Shown here in pieces: positions 28,171 to 38,247 of a DNA stretch of 64,000 nucleotides (the stretch's first letter is position 1; each line of letters begins with the position of its first letter). The notes beneath the pieces are model-generated. The model did no database searches, was not told the origin of the DNA, and saw only the letters and a list, made by a program, of their open reading frames with translations. The position numbers and the translations under genes were made by a program. The stretch comes from an uncultured bacterium (GTDB taxonomy: Bacteria > Babelota > Babeliae > Babelales > Babelaceae). The DNA is taken from contig CAVXAV010000002.1 in the NCBI GenBank assembly GCA_963759865.1, forward strand, positions 184,384 to 248,383, in the 5' to 3' direction.

Positions 28171-28928
28171 TACAACGCAAATTGTGCATGAAGATGCTTG
28201 ACGTAAAAGCTCATGATGAAGCAAATATAAAAAGGGATAAGCAAAGTAAATAAGAGGATCCAACCAATTAAAGGCAGAGAAGGATACATTTCAATAAATG
28301 GTTGGGAAATAAGATACGAAATACTGACAATCGCCCTTAAAATCAGATAGGAACCAAGAAAGAATGGATAGTTATAGAGCAGCATTAAGATGGCTCTGCC
28401 ACAAGCCTTTATATACTCCCAGACGGTCTTTTGCGAATCGAGCATGAACAGGGCACAGAGAATGATAAAAGGGGATAAAAAATAGGCTGCAACTCCCAAA
28501 CATTTGCTGCCGGGAAGCCACATAAAATTACCTAAAAAAAGGATTTTAAGAAAAAAAGTATACAGGGTGAGCACAGCGGCTCCTGCTTTTTCTTTAATAA
28601 CAAAAGGAATTCCTTCTACAAGTAACAGCAGAATAAAAAAAATGATCCAGTCTACAGGATTAAACGGCCTCCAATAGCTTACTTTCTTAAGATCGAGTGA
28701 AGGGCGTGCTGCCCGCATGAGAAGGACCGTATAAAAGGCCATAACTAAACTTTTTACCTCAAGCACTAAACCCGCCAACAAAGCCGTCGGCAAAAACCAA
28801 GCGTAGATAAGTGCCTTATACATATCTTTTAAAGCCCTTATAGACACCAATACGAGGAACCCAAGATTTCTCAGCTCCCAGGTGTGGAGTGCTTCAGACC
28901 AGAATACCTTTACTTTTTCAAACACCAT
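28158..28928 (-). CDS. Hypothetical polytopic membrane protein
   Basis: 256 aa with about 7 hydrophobic helices and no recognisable motif. Confidence 0.55.
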   Translation of the reverse strand: MVFEKVKVFWSEALHTWELRNLGFLVLVSIRALKDMYKALIYAWFLPTALLAGLVLEVKSLVMAFYTVLLMRAARPSLDLKKVSYWRPFNPVDWIIFFILLLLVEGIPFVIKEKAGAAVLTLYTFFLKILFLGNFMWLPGSKCLGVAAYFLSPFIILCALFMLDSQKTVWEYIKACGRAILMLLYNYPFFLGSYLILRAIVSISYLISQPFIEMYPSLPLIGWILLFTLLIPFYICFIMSFYVKHLHAQFALYYKP

Positions 28929-29077
28929 ACACCAATCTCCATTAATAGAGTAATCTCAGGATACCATAGATAGAATTTGAGAGAAATACGCCATCACTAT
29001 ACTCCTCCTGTCAATGTGTAGTATACTGCAATGTTATAAATCAAGATCATAAAGGCTCTACAATAAGGGGTAACCCT

Positions 29078-30943
29078 ATGTTTTTACGACTCAGACGATT
29101 AACCGATAAGTATTATGCCTTTTGGCTAGCACTTGGACATCTAAAAACAAGAGCTCGACTGCTGCCCATAGATTTTGAGCAGTCGTGGATAAAAATACTT
29201 ACGTCTCAAAAAAAATATCTAAGTATTGCTCTCTTTTGCGAGATCATCATTCAAACATTTTATACCCTTTACCCATTAGCTATAGGTTTTATTATAGAGA
29301 AACAAAACTACACCTATTTTCTCTATCTTATCGCCTTGTGGCTATGCATTATTTGCATTGAATACGTCTCGGTGTATTTTAGCGCATTGCTTGAAATACA
29401 ATGCATCAATAGTGTGCAATATGATGCATTTGAATTTTTCCTGACTGTGGATCCACTGTATCATACTATGAAAGCAAGTGGAAAGCTATTTGCAAAAATT
29501 GAACGATGTGCCCGATCCTACGAAGACTTTCTCGATATCATTTTGTGGGACCTCTTGCCCATTATTATTGGGATCACAACAGTTGTTATCACCTTTCTTA
29601 TTACCGACCTTTACTTAGGGCTCATTGCTTTTATCCTGCTGCTCATTATCGCACTCATTAATATAGCTATCAATCTATTTACGAGTGCTACTTTTGAACG
29701 CAGACTTATCGATGCAGATGATGCAGTAAAGGTATTAAGCGTCGAAAGCCTGACGCAAGCTCAATTAATACGTACATCATTTGCAACAAATGAGATTGCC
29801 CAGCAAGCTAAAGAACGCAATGAAGAAATGATGTATAAAGAAGGCACCGCATGGCTCGCGTTTGCCGCAGCCATCTCAGTTTCTCGGCTTTTCTATTTAT
29901 TAAGCATTTTTGTTTTAGGATCCCTCATCTTTTCATTTATTTTTCATGGCCATCTGAGCATGCTTGCCGGTACCACCCTGCTGCTTACCTACATCAACGG
30001 AACCTACGAGATTATCCAAATTGGTCGACGATTGAGAAAGCTCATAAAATCTATCACGCGGATTAATGATCTCTATCTCTTTATTCGTCATTTTGGTAAG
30101 CAAACATTCCCCGTACTCGCTGATGGTAAAGAAATAGAGTACGACAAAGCCATGAGTAAGCGTGTCATAACGGTGGAAGCTCGAGACCTTCATTTTGATT
30201 ACAATCCTAAAGCAAAGATCTTTGAAAATCATAACTTACTTTTAGAAGTGCCCGTTAATCAGCCATCAAAATTGTATGGCATTATAGGCCCCTCTGGCAT
30301 GGGCAAAACAACCTTGCTTTCCTTGCTTGGCGGTCAATTAAAGCCAGAAAGGGGCGAAATAACCATTAATGGGATTCCGATTTATGCTATTGATGATAGT
30401 ATGAGACGCTTGCTCATCGCTGTTCAGGGGCAACAGGCGAGTAACTTAAGCGGTACGGTGTTACGTAATCTCCTTCTTGGCTTACCTCAAGATAGGCAGA
30501 TCTACAGTGATGAAGAAATTATCACCATCCTTAAAGAAGTGGGAATATGGCCAATATTTGAAGATAAAGAGGGTCTAGAAACCCCCATAGGCGAGGGAGG
30601 ACTGAGCATTTCAGGTGGCCAGCGGCAACGCTTGAACTTTGCGTCATTGTACTTGCGTGCCTCGTATTATAAGCCTCTTTTGATTTTAATAGATGAGCCT
30701 ACAAGTAGCCTTGACGAAGTAAGTGAGCGTGCAATTACCGCTATGATACGACAGCTTGCAGAACGATCCCTTACTATTGTAATCGCACATCGGTTAAAAA
30801 CCCTCACCGATGCTCTGGGTATTTTAGATTTTTCGCTTTTAGATGAAGAAAAAGATATGCATTTCTACCCGCCACAAGAGCTTTTAAATACATCTGCTTA
30901 TTATAGAAAATTAATGCATGGTGATATAACTATAGACGTATAA
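29078..30943 (+). CDS. ABC exporter, fused permease/ATPase (MsbA-like architecture)
   Basis: An N-terminal 6-TM domain is followed by Walker A (GPSGMGKTT), signature (LSISGGQRQR) and Walker B (LILIDEPTSSLD). Confidence 0.85.
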   Translation: MFLRLRRLTDKYYAFWLALGHLKTRARLLPIDFEQSWIKILTSQKKYLSIALFCEIIIQTFYTLYPLAIGFIIEKQNYTYFLYLIALWLCIICIEYVSVYFSALLEIQCINSVQYDAFEFFLTVDPLYHTMKASGKLFAKIERCARSYEDFLDIILWDLLPIIIGITTVVITFLITDLYLGLIAFILLLIIALINIAINLFTSATFERRLIDADDAVKVLSVESLTQAQLIRTSFATNEIAQQAKERNEEMMYKEGTAWLAFAAAISVSRLFYLLSIFVLGSLIFSFIFHGHLSMLAGTTLLLTYINGTYEIIQIGRRLRKLIKSITRINDLYLFIRHFGKQTFPVLADGKEIEYDKAMSKRVITVEARDLHFDYNPKAKIFENHNLLLEVPVNQPSKLYGIIGPSGMGKTTLLSLLGGQLKPERGEITINGIPIYAIDDSMRRLLIAVQGQQASNLSGTVLRNLLLGLPQDRQIYSDEEIITILKEVGIWPIFEDKEGLETPIGEGGLSISGGQRQRLNFASLYLRASYYKPLLILIDEPTSSLDEVSERAITAMIRQLAERSLTIVIAHRLKTLTDALGILDFSLLDEEKDMHFYPPQELLNTSAYYRKLMHGDITIDV

Positions 30944-30950
30944 AAAAAAT

Positions 30951-30976
30951 ATCTCACGAGAATATTCTCGTGAGAT
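30951..30976. terminator. Bidirectional terminator (perfect 26-nt palindrome)
   Basis: ATCTCACGAGAATATTCTCGTGAGAT lies between the convergent ABC exporter and RRM genes, flanked by A8 upstream. Confidence 0.65.
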
Positions 30977-31001
30977 ACGTGTATCAGATCAAACTGTATA
31001 T

Positions 31002-31334
31002 TTAGAATCTGCTTCGAAAACCGCCATTTCCATTACCGTTACCGTTAGTGCGGCGAGGCCCACGATCGAAATCACGGCGCGGCGGCCTATCCCCTTCTGC
31101 TCGTGCTTCATTTACACGAAGCGGGCGTCCTTCTAGTTCCTGATTGTTCATTTTTGCAATTGCTGCCAAAGCTTCCTCATCATTTGGCATCTCAACAAAA
31201 CCAAATCCACGAGATCTGTTTGTTTCCCTGTCGAAAACAATTTTGACTTTTTCCACTTTGCCAAATTGCTCAAACGTTTTTCTTAATGTGTCTTCCGACG
31301 TCGAATGGGGAAGATTTCCCACATAGATATTCAT
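31002..31334 (-). CDS. RRM (RNP-1) RNA-binding protein with Gly/Arg-rich tail
   Basis: MNIYVGNLP (RNP-2) and RGFGFVEM (RNP-1) are present. ATG 31334 is preceded by a GGTGAGG RBS. Confidence 0.85.
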   Translation of the reverse strand: MNIYVGNLPHSTSEDTLRKTFEQFGKVEKVKIVFDRETNRSRGFGFVEMPNDEEALAAIAKMNNQELEGRPLRVNEARAEGDRPPRRDFDRGPRRTNGNGNGNGGFRSRF

Positions 31335-31540
31335 TAAATAATACCTCACCATGAATAAAAAAAGATATGTAACCACATTCAGCCTATAAAAAAATCAACG
31401 ACTTTTTACATAAGCCCAATTATTTCAAATAACTTCTGATAAGAAGATCAGCCTAAAAGAAGAACCCAAGCAGAAGAGATCACTAAAAATAACTGCTTTA
31501 AGTATAGCCTACCCGCCAACTGCCGTCAAGGACTTTCAAA

Positions 31541-32212
31541 CTATCTTTTTTTAGTAACCCCTACTTTAGGGCACAAAGAATTTAAAACGCAGCGAGAGCA
31601 CCAGGGTGAAACAGGAAGGCATACATTTTGACCCCACATAACAAAAAGATGATTTAATGAAATCCACTCATCTTTAGGTACAATCTTTTGTAACTCGCGT
31701 TCAGTTTGCTCGGGCGTTTTTGTTTTCACCCAACCAAGCCGATTTGAAAGCCGATGTACGTGAGTATCAACACACAAAGCCGGTATACCAAATGCTTCTC
31801 CACGAACCAGATTCGCCGTTTTCCTGCCCACACCCTTAATTGAAAGCAAATCAGCTTCATTTGAAGGAACGTGGCCGCCAAAACGGGTAATAAGTACGCG
31901 AGAGACCTCGACCACAACCTGAGCTTTTTTACGATAAAAACCCAAAGGATAAAACAGCTCTTCAAGTTCATGCAAGGGCATCTGCAGCAGCTGCTCAGGA
32001 GTGCGCACTCGCGCAAAGAGCTTTTTTGAAACTTCGAAAGTAACCGGATCCCGCGCGCGTAGGCTGAGTAAACAAGAGATCAAAATTAAAAAAGGATCGC
32101 GTCCATAGAGTTCAACAAGCATAACAGACATCGGCTTATGCAAAGAAACCGTTGCCTTCTTTAAGAGTGCGAGTACTTGTAGCACATGTTGACGACGTTC
32201 AGATACATCCAT
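31541..32212 (-). CDS. nth: Endonuclease III
   Basis: HhH-GPD motif (IKGVGRKTANLV), catalytic Asp region (VDTHVHRLSNRLG) and C-terminal 4Fe-4S Cys cluster (CLPVSPWCSRCVLNSLC) are present. Confidence 0.9.
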   Translation of the reverse strand: MDVSERRQHVLQVLALLKKATVSLHKPMSVMLVELYGRDPFLILISCLLSLRARDPVTFEVSKKLFARVRTPEQLLQMPLHELEELFYPLGFYRKKAQVVVEVSRVLITRFGGHVPSNEADLLSIKGVGRKTANLVRGEAFGIPALCVDTHVHRLSNRLGWVKTKTPEQTERELQKIVPKDEWISLNHLFVMWGQNVCLPVSPWCSRCVLNSLCPKVGVTKKR

Positions 32213-32239
32213 GAGTCACACTGTCGCTATTAAATGGAA

Positions 32240-32267
32240 AACCCGTATGGGGAAAACCATACGGGTT
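32240..32267 (-). terminator. Terminator downstream of the small-peptide ORF
   Basis: 11-bp stem AACCCGTATGG-(6 nt)-CCATACGGGTT. On the minus strand it is followed by TTTCCATTT. Confidence 0.5.
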
Positions 32268-32322
32268 AGTCTATAATCTTTAAATGTATTTGTGCTCAAT
32301 CACATGAGCATTCCCCAGTATA

Positions 32323-32448
32323 TCACCCTGGAGGAGGTGCAAGCATTCCTTTTTTTGTTGTGTCATGCTTTATTGCTTTTTGGGCAATTACCGTACTTGC
32401 AGATGCAAGTAATACCATTAAAAGTGCGCTTAAGCATAGCTTTGCCAT
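32323..32448 (-). CDS. Small secreted peptide candidate (41 aa), below the ORF-track cutoff
   Basis: An AAGGAG RBS lies 5 nt before ATG 32448. The product is MAKLCLSALLMVLLASASTVIA|QKAIKHDTTKKGMLAPPPG, with TGA at 32323-32325. A hairpin lies downstream. Confidence 0.45.
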   Translation of the reverse strand: MAKLCLSALLMVLLASASTVIAQKAIKHDTTKKGMLAPPPG

Positions 32449-32631
32449 TGCGACTCCTTCTTGAGAGTTAAACTGTCAAACAACCACTACAACTCTGTTT
32501 AAAACACTACTCCCTTTTCCTTTTTTTGCTTCAGTTAATTTGACTTTATTTAAAACTCGAGACAATATAATTTTACAAAATTGCTCGAATAAGTCTTTAA
32601 CTAAGACCTAAGAATAGTACAGTTTTAGTAA

Positions 32632-35370
32632 ATGTCAACACTTTTTTTTAGGAAAAAAATGTCTGATGCATTGGTGCTTCTAATCGACATATTGAGCAGC
32701 AAACAGCTGCCTTTGTGCATTGAGCTTTTATCATTTTTTTGTAAGTTGCTTATTGTTTTAACCTGCATTCATTTTACTTTTAAGATCACCTCGCATAAGC
32801 TCCCGTTGGTATTCCTTATAATTTTTCTTACCTGCTCATTCTTAAATGATGCCGTCAATATAATTTATACTGTAAAACGAGGAATCCTCCATATCAGTGA
32901 AGATTTTGCCTGGTTTACTTTTTTGATGCGCTTTGTATGGGGATTGAATCTAAGTCAGTACCAGTCGCTCGCCTTATTCATCGAAACATTCATGTTAAAG
33001 AGGGTACATTTTAAATGGACTTATATAATACATGCGCTTTTTAATGTAAGCATCTCGTCAATTTTCATGTACTTAGCATTTTTTAAATATGGAATACCAG
33101 GCGCAAATCCTGAAACTCTCAAATTGGAACTCGGACTCATACACACCATATACATATATCTTCCTGTACTTTTTATGCCAGTATTTTACAAAATTTTCAA
33201 ACACAATACAGGCTATCTTGTAATGCCGCGAATTCTAACTCATCAACTACGATCCTTAACCAATTTTGTGGTTCCCTATCTCTTTTTTGATATGCTTGGC
33301 AATTGCTCTACAACGCTCTTTCCACAAATAAAATCCTTCCAATTCCTCTTTTTCACGCTGAGCAACATCCTTAGCACTTTCCCCTTGTTTTTTGTAGGAA
33401 GAAGAATGTTGGGATTGCGATTTTTAAATTTAAGGCAAGATGTACAATCCAAGGAAAAATTCAACTTTCTTTCACAATTTAAAGATATTCTCGAACAATT
33501 GAGTTATGCAACGGCATTAAAAGAACTAGCACACCTCAATCAAACATTTTTCCAGGTTGCTTTTAATATCCCCCTTGGCAGAACGAGGCTGTATATAAGG
33601 AAAACAGAACCAGAAAAAGATGAGCATGGATATTATGATATTGCTCATATCAGCTCCAAAGTCGAAAATTTCATCAGCAAAGCTGATAATCGCGCTTTAT
33701 TCATGCTTAACTCTGCAAAAATATTTATCCGCGATGAGATAGATTTTTCGCATTATTATAATGATGAGCAGGTAAGCAAAGAAATTCTTGATTTTCTTGA
33801 TATCATAAATGCTGATATCTTCTTGCCAATCTATGAGCGAAATTCAATTATTGCCTATATTATTATCGAACGCGACGCAAGGCCTGAAAAGCTTTATACC
33901 AATAAAGAGCGGGATGAGATGCTTGTATTTACCAGCTATCTAAGCAATATCATCAATATATTGAAATATAGCAATATTGAGGCCATGCATCACAGGCACA
34001 AAGAACTTACAGAGGAATTATATCATAAGCATCGAGAAATAAATCAATATAAAGAAAGCATCCGCTTTTTCTTACGTTCAAATAAAGAACGAAAAATTGG
34101 CATTCTCTTTTATAAGCATAGGCGATTTACCTTTGCAAACGAAGCAGCACAAGAGCTTGTTGGCATGGATCTTAATACAAATATGGGCCATCTGCTTACC
34201 CAAGCATTTAAAACGGTAGCACGCCGTGTGCAAGAATTTAAAACAGCCCAAACAACGTTTGCTCACGACAGCGATGGAAACAGGATCATTATCGCAGGCA
34301 TTCCAAGCCTAGAGGAGTATACCACGATCATGCTCATCTATTATCCAGAAATCTCTGATATAATTAAATCCCAATTTGACCAACTTAAAGACCCATCAAG
34401 TTGGGATTATGTACTCTATTTAGAAACAACCCAATCTGGCCAGCTTATCAACCAACTCATACCAGGATCGGGTGAAAAGATCCTTAATTTTAAAGTTCAT
34501 CTCCTTTCATCAGCTCTTTCTAAAAAGGCAACACTTATTGACATGCCTGAAAATGATCTACTCCCTACCGTTGAAATACTGCATCATATAAGCTTACGAC
34601 AGACGCTTCACTGCATTAAATTAACAGGACCTGAAAAGAACGACGAGGTTGCGCTTAAATTATTTGGCATCAATCCATTGCTCCAAAAAGACGCACCGGA
34701 ACCCCTTCTTGCCAAATTAAACGATGTGGGGACCCTTTTTATTGAAAATATTGAGTACTTAAGCCTTGAAGCACAAGACTATCTTGCAGAATTCATTCTC
34801 TATGGATTCTTTTATAAATTCAAAAGTGACCATAAGGTATTTAGCAATGTACGCATCATCTGCTCGACAACTAAGGACCTTTTGGAATTAGTAAACGAAG
34901 GAAAATTTTCAAAGACTTTGCATAACGAACTCAAAAAGATGTCACTTACACTTCCTTCACTTTCAAGCTTTTCTGAATCTGAAATCAATGAACTGGCTCA
35001 AGGCTTTGCAGAACAGCTCGAGACAACCCAAACGTATAAGAACTTACTTGCATTAACAGAGAGAGATAAGCATAAATTAAGCTCCGATAGGCCTTTAAGC
35101 TTACAAGAATTTAAAGAAAAAATTCATCAACTCCTTGTACAAAAATCAACAAAGCACAAAATTCATGAAACAACCAATTTCGATCCTGCCTACAATGTCA
35201 CAGAACCCGATATTGCTCACGCAGTCCGTTTAGGCAAAAAAGCCCTTAAGGACCCACAGATCATGGCTATGCTCTGGAAAAAATTTAAAAACCAAAATAA
35301 GATTGCCACCCTTCTTGGTGTTAATCGCTCATCCGTGAACAGACGTTGTCAAGAGTATGACCTGCACTAA
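32632..35370 (+). CDS. Membrane-anchored GAF-PAS regulator with degenerate sigma54-activator AAA+ module and Fis-type HTH (paralog 1)
   Basis: 912 aa. About 270 aa of N-terminal polytopic TM region is followed by a GAF-like region (ADIFLPIYERNSIIAYIIIERDA) and a PAS-like region (IGILFYKHRRFTFANEAAQELVGMD). The EBP-like core reads GTLFIENIEYLSLEAQDYL and VRIICSTTKDLLELVNEGKF. The C-terminal HTH reads KIATLLGVNRSSVNRRCQEY. Confidence 0.75.
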   Translation: MSTLFFRKKMSDALVLLIDILSSKQLPLCIELLSFFCKLLIVLTCIHFTFKITSHKLPLVFLIIFLTCSFLNDAVNIIYTVKRGILHISEDFAWFTFLMRFVWGLNLSQYQSLALFIETFMLKRVHFKWTYIIHALFNVSISSIFMYLAFFKYGIPGANPETLKLELGLIHTIYIYLPVLFMPVFYKIFKHNTGYLVMPRILTHQLRSLTNFVVPYLFFDMLGNCSTTLFPQIKSFQFLFFTLSNILSTFPLFFVGRRMLGLRFLNLRQDVQSKEKFNFLSQFKDILEQLSYATALKELAHLNQTFFQVAFNIPLGRTRLYIRKTEPEKDEHGYYDIAHISSKVENFISKADNRALFMLNSAKIFIRDEIDFSHYYNDEQVSKEILDFLDIINADIFLPIYERNSIIAYIIIERDARPEKLYTNKERDEMLVFTSYLSNIINILKYSNIEAMHHRHKELTEELYHKHREINQYKESIRFFLRSNKERKIGILFYKHRRFTFANEAAQELVGMDLNTNMGHLLTQAFKTVARRVQEFKTAQTTFAHDSDGNRIIIAGIPSLEEYTTIMLIYYPEISDIIKSQFDQLKDPSSWDYVLYLETTQSGQLINQLIPGSGEKILNFKVHLLSSALSKKATLIDMPENDLLPTVEILHHISLRQTLHCIKLTGPEKNDEVALKLFGINPLLQKDAPEPLLAKLNDVGTLFIENIEYLSLEAQDYLAEFILYGFFYKFKSDHKVFSNVRIICSTTKDLLELVNEGKFSKTLHNELKKMSLTLPSLSSFSESEINELAQGFAEQLETTQTYKNLLALTERDKHKLSSDRPLSLQEFKEKIHQLLVQKSTKHKIHETTNFDPAYNVTEPDIAHAVRLGKKALKDPQIMAMLWKKFKNQNKIATLLGVNRSSVNRRCQEYDLH

Positions 35371-35388
35371 ATTTTCCTATTTGAAAAA

Positions 35389-35416
35389 TTGACACTTTTT
35401 CAAAAAACCCTATACT
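35389..35416 (+). promoter_or_regulatory. Sigma70-type promoter candidate for paralog 2
   Basis: TTGACA (35389-35394), a 16-nt spacer, then TATACT (35411-35416), about 55 nt upstream of ATG 35472. Confidence 0.4.
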
Positions 35417-35471
35417 CTTATTTGTAGATACAAGCAGTGTCTTATGGGTTCTTTCATGAGGTTTAGGGAGC

Positions 35472-38177
35472 ATGTCATACGTACTAGACTTTTTGCATGC
35501 CTTAATAAGGAGTAAGAAGCTTTTTTTGAGCATTGAACTTTTATCCTTGTTTTGTAAATTATTCATCTTGCTCACGTGCATACGTTTTATTTTTAAAACG
35601 GCAACTCAACGGGCACTCATTTTTGTCTTGATGACATTTCTTTCCCTCTCCTTATTGACCGACTGTGCTAACATTATATATACAGTCAAACGGGGAATCT
35701 TTGGTATCACTCAAGACTTTCCTTTATTTTCTTTCTTTCTAAGAGTTGTATGGGGCCTTGCAGTCACCCAGTATCAAGCTATTGCCCTCTTTTTGATGGC
35801 TCTGATGCGTAAGAAAATAGAATGGAAGCACTGGTACATTCCTCATATTCTCGTTAATGCTGGGATCTCTTCTATCTTTATGTACCATGCGTTTTTTAAA
35901 TATGGTGTTTCAGGAGCAAGCCCTGAGACCTTGCCCCGAGAACTTGCACTTATACATACTATCTACCTCTATACGCCATTTCTTTTTATACCGATATTTT
36001 ACAAAATCTTTAAAAAAAGAAACCCTAATGAGCATATCCCCCGTATCCTTACGCATCAGCTGCGATCTCTTTCCTATTTTTTTATCCCCTATCTTATCTG
36101 TGAAACGCTCAGCAATTGTGCTGGCATCCCTGCGAGCTTCACATTCTCTTGTCTAAAATCATGGGAATACTTATTTTTCACCCTCAGCTCACTTTTAAGT
36201 ACGTACCCGCTATTTTTAGTGGGCAAAAGAATCCTTGGGTTGCGCTTTTTGAACTTGCGTAGAGATGTTGAATCTAAAGAAAAATTTAATTTTCTTGCTC
36301 GGTTTAAAGAAATCCTCGATCAATTAAATTATGCGACAGCTTTGAAAGAGCTAGCGCAGCTCAATCAAACATTTTTCCATACGGCCTTTGCAGTCCCCTT
36401 GGGTAGAACAAAGCTTTATTTTAGAAAAACAGACACTCAGATTCCTTATTATGATAGTCAGATAGGCGCCACAGTGGAATCCTTTCTAGAACAACGCGAA
36501 GCTCGATCGTTAGCAACTCTTCACAGTCTAAAAATTTTTATTCGAGATGAGATTGCTTTTAACAATTTCTATGAAAATGACCCAATTCACGAAGAAATTC
36601 TCGCTTTCATGGATGCTATCAATGCAGACATTTTTCTACCAATCTACGAACGTACAACCATCATTGGCTACAGCATAATCGAGCGCAATGCTCGCCCTGA
36701 TAAGCTTTTTACAAATAAAGAACGGGATGAGATGCTCGTGTTTACCAGCTATTTGGGCAATATTACTACCATCTTAAAATACAGTACGCTTGAAACAATG
36801 TGGCAAAGGCATAAAGAGCTTACCGATGAGCTTTACCACAAGCATCAAGAAATTAATCAATACAAAGAAGCACTACGCTTTTTCCTCCGTTCAGGCAATG
36901 ACCGCAAAATCGGGATTGTTTTTTTCAAACAACGACACTTTAGCTTCGCAAATCAAGCGGCTAAAGAACTGGTGGGTATGGATCTTAATACCCAGGCAGG
37001 TCATACGGTAAGCCGTACCTTTAAAACCGTAGCTCACCATGTACAGGAATATAAAACTGCCTATACGCTCTCGGCGCATGATAGCAAAGGCAACCGCATC
37101 ATCATAGCAGGTGTTCCCAGCCTGGAAGATTCGACCGTGATTTTACTCGTGTATTATCCAGAAGTATCTGATATTATTAAAGCCCAATTTGATCAACTGA
37201 AAGATCCTTCCGCTTGGGACTATGTTCTCTATCTTGAAACAACACAATCGGGGCAGCTTATCAACAGGCTCATAGCCGGTTCATCCGAAAAAATTCTCTC
37301 GTTTAAGATTGATCTGCTTTCAACAGCACTTTCAAAAAAAGCAACATTGCTTGATATGCCTCCTGAAGATACTGCAGCAACTGTTGAAATTCTGCATCAT
37401 ATTAGCTTGAGACAAACACTCCAGTGCATGACCCTCACAGGGCCTGAGAAAAATAATGAAATAGCGGTCATTCTCTTTGGGCTCAACCCCCTTCTTGAAA
37501 AAGATAGCCAGTCGCTTCTTAAAAAATTGCATGATGTGGGAACACTCTTTATTGAAAACATCGAATATCTTAGCCTTGAAACACAAAATGCACTTGCACA
37601 CTTCATTTCCTCTGGCTATTTTTACCTATTTAAAAGCGATATTAAAGTGTTTAGCAATGTACGCATTATTTGTTCAACCACAAAAAATCTCTCTACGCTC
37701 GTACACGAAGGAACCTTTTCGCATAGTCTCTATACCGAGCTTAAAAAAACCTCTTTAGCGTTCCCCTCACTCCAAAGCTTTTCAGAATCTGAACTACACG
37801 AACTTGCTCAAGGCTTTGCAGAGCAAATTGAAACAAGTCAGACGTATAAAAGTTTGCTTGCTCTCACACAAAGAGATAAGCTCACCTTGCAAAACGATCG
37901 TCCTTTAAGCTTAAAAGAACTTAAGGAAGCCGTTCACCACTTGCTCGTTGAAAAATCTACCAAACATAACATCAGTGAAATAGTATTAGATCCCGCGTAT
38001 GATGTCGCTGAGCCTGATATAGCACATGCCGTACGGCTTGGGAAAAAAGCACTTAAGGACCCTCAAATAATGACACTCCTCTGGAATAAGTTCAAAAACC
38101 AAAATAAAATTGCTCTCCTGCTTGGATGCAACCGTTCGTCGGTCAATCGTAGATGCCAAGAATATAATCTCAAATGA
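35472..38177 (+). CDS. Membrane-anchored GAF-PAS regulator with degenerate sigma54-activator AAA+ module and Fis-type HTH (paralog 2)
   Basis: 901 aa, collinear with paralog 1 throughout with the same degenerate motifs (GTLFIENIEYLSLETQNAL, VRIICSTTKNLSTLVHEGTF, KIALLLGCNRSSVNRRCQEY). Confidence 0.75.
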   Translation: MSYVLDFLHALIRSKKLFLSIELLSLFCKLFILLTCIRFIFKTATQRALIFVLMTFLSLSLLTDCANIIYTVKRGIFGITQDFPLFSFFLRVVWGLAVTQYQAIALFLMALMRKKIEWKHWYIPHILVNAGISSIFMYHAFFKYGVSGASPETLPRELALIHTIYLYTPFLFIPIFYKIFKKRNPNEHIPRILTHQLRSLSYFFIPYLICETLSNCAGIPASFTFSCLKSWEYLFFTLSSLLSTYPLFLVGKRILGLRFLNLRRDVESKEKFNFLARFKEILDQLNYATALKELAQLNQTFFHTAFAVPLGRTKLYFRKTDTQIPYYDSQIGATVESFLEQREARSLATLHSLKIFIRDEIAFNNFYENDPIHEEILAFMDAINADIFLPIYERTTIIGYSIIERNARPDKLFTNKERDEMLVFTSYLGNITTILKYSTLETMWQRHKELTDELYHKHQEINQYKEALRFFLRSGNDRKIGIVFFKQRHFSFANQAAKELVGMDLNTQAGHTVSRTFKTVAHHVQEYKTAYTLSAHDSKGNRIIIAGVPSLEDSTVILLVYYPEVSDIIKAQFDQLKDPSAWDYVLYLETTQSGQLINRLIAGSSEKILSFKIDLLSTALSKKATLLDMPPEDTAATVEILHHISLRQTLQCMTLTGPEKNNEIAVILFGLNPLLEKDSQSLLKKLHDVGTLFIENIEYLSLETQNALAHFISSGYFYLFKSDIKVFSNVRIICSTTKNLSTLVHEGTFSHSLYTELKKTSLAFPSLQSFSESELHELAQGFAEQIETSQTYKSLLALTQRDKLTLQNDRPLSLKELKEAVHHLLVEKSTKHNISEIVLDPAYDVAEPDIAHAVRLGKKALKDPQIMTLLWNKFKNQNKIALLLGCNRSSVNRRCQEYNLK

Positions 38178-38247
38178 GCCTGCTTATTTAACTTTTTTCC
38201 CCACCTTGTGTATAGTAGGTAGGATCAATGAACAGTGAGGCTCAAGA

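Noticed and set aside
32540-32571. TTGACT ... TATAAT upstream of regulator paralog 1 as a sigma70 promoter.
   Set aside because: The spacer is 20 nt, outside the functional 16-18 nt range, so it is not reported as a feature.
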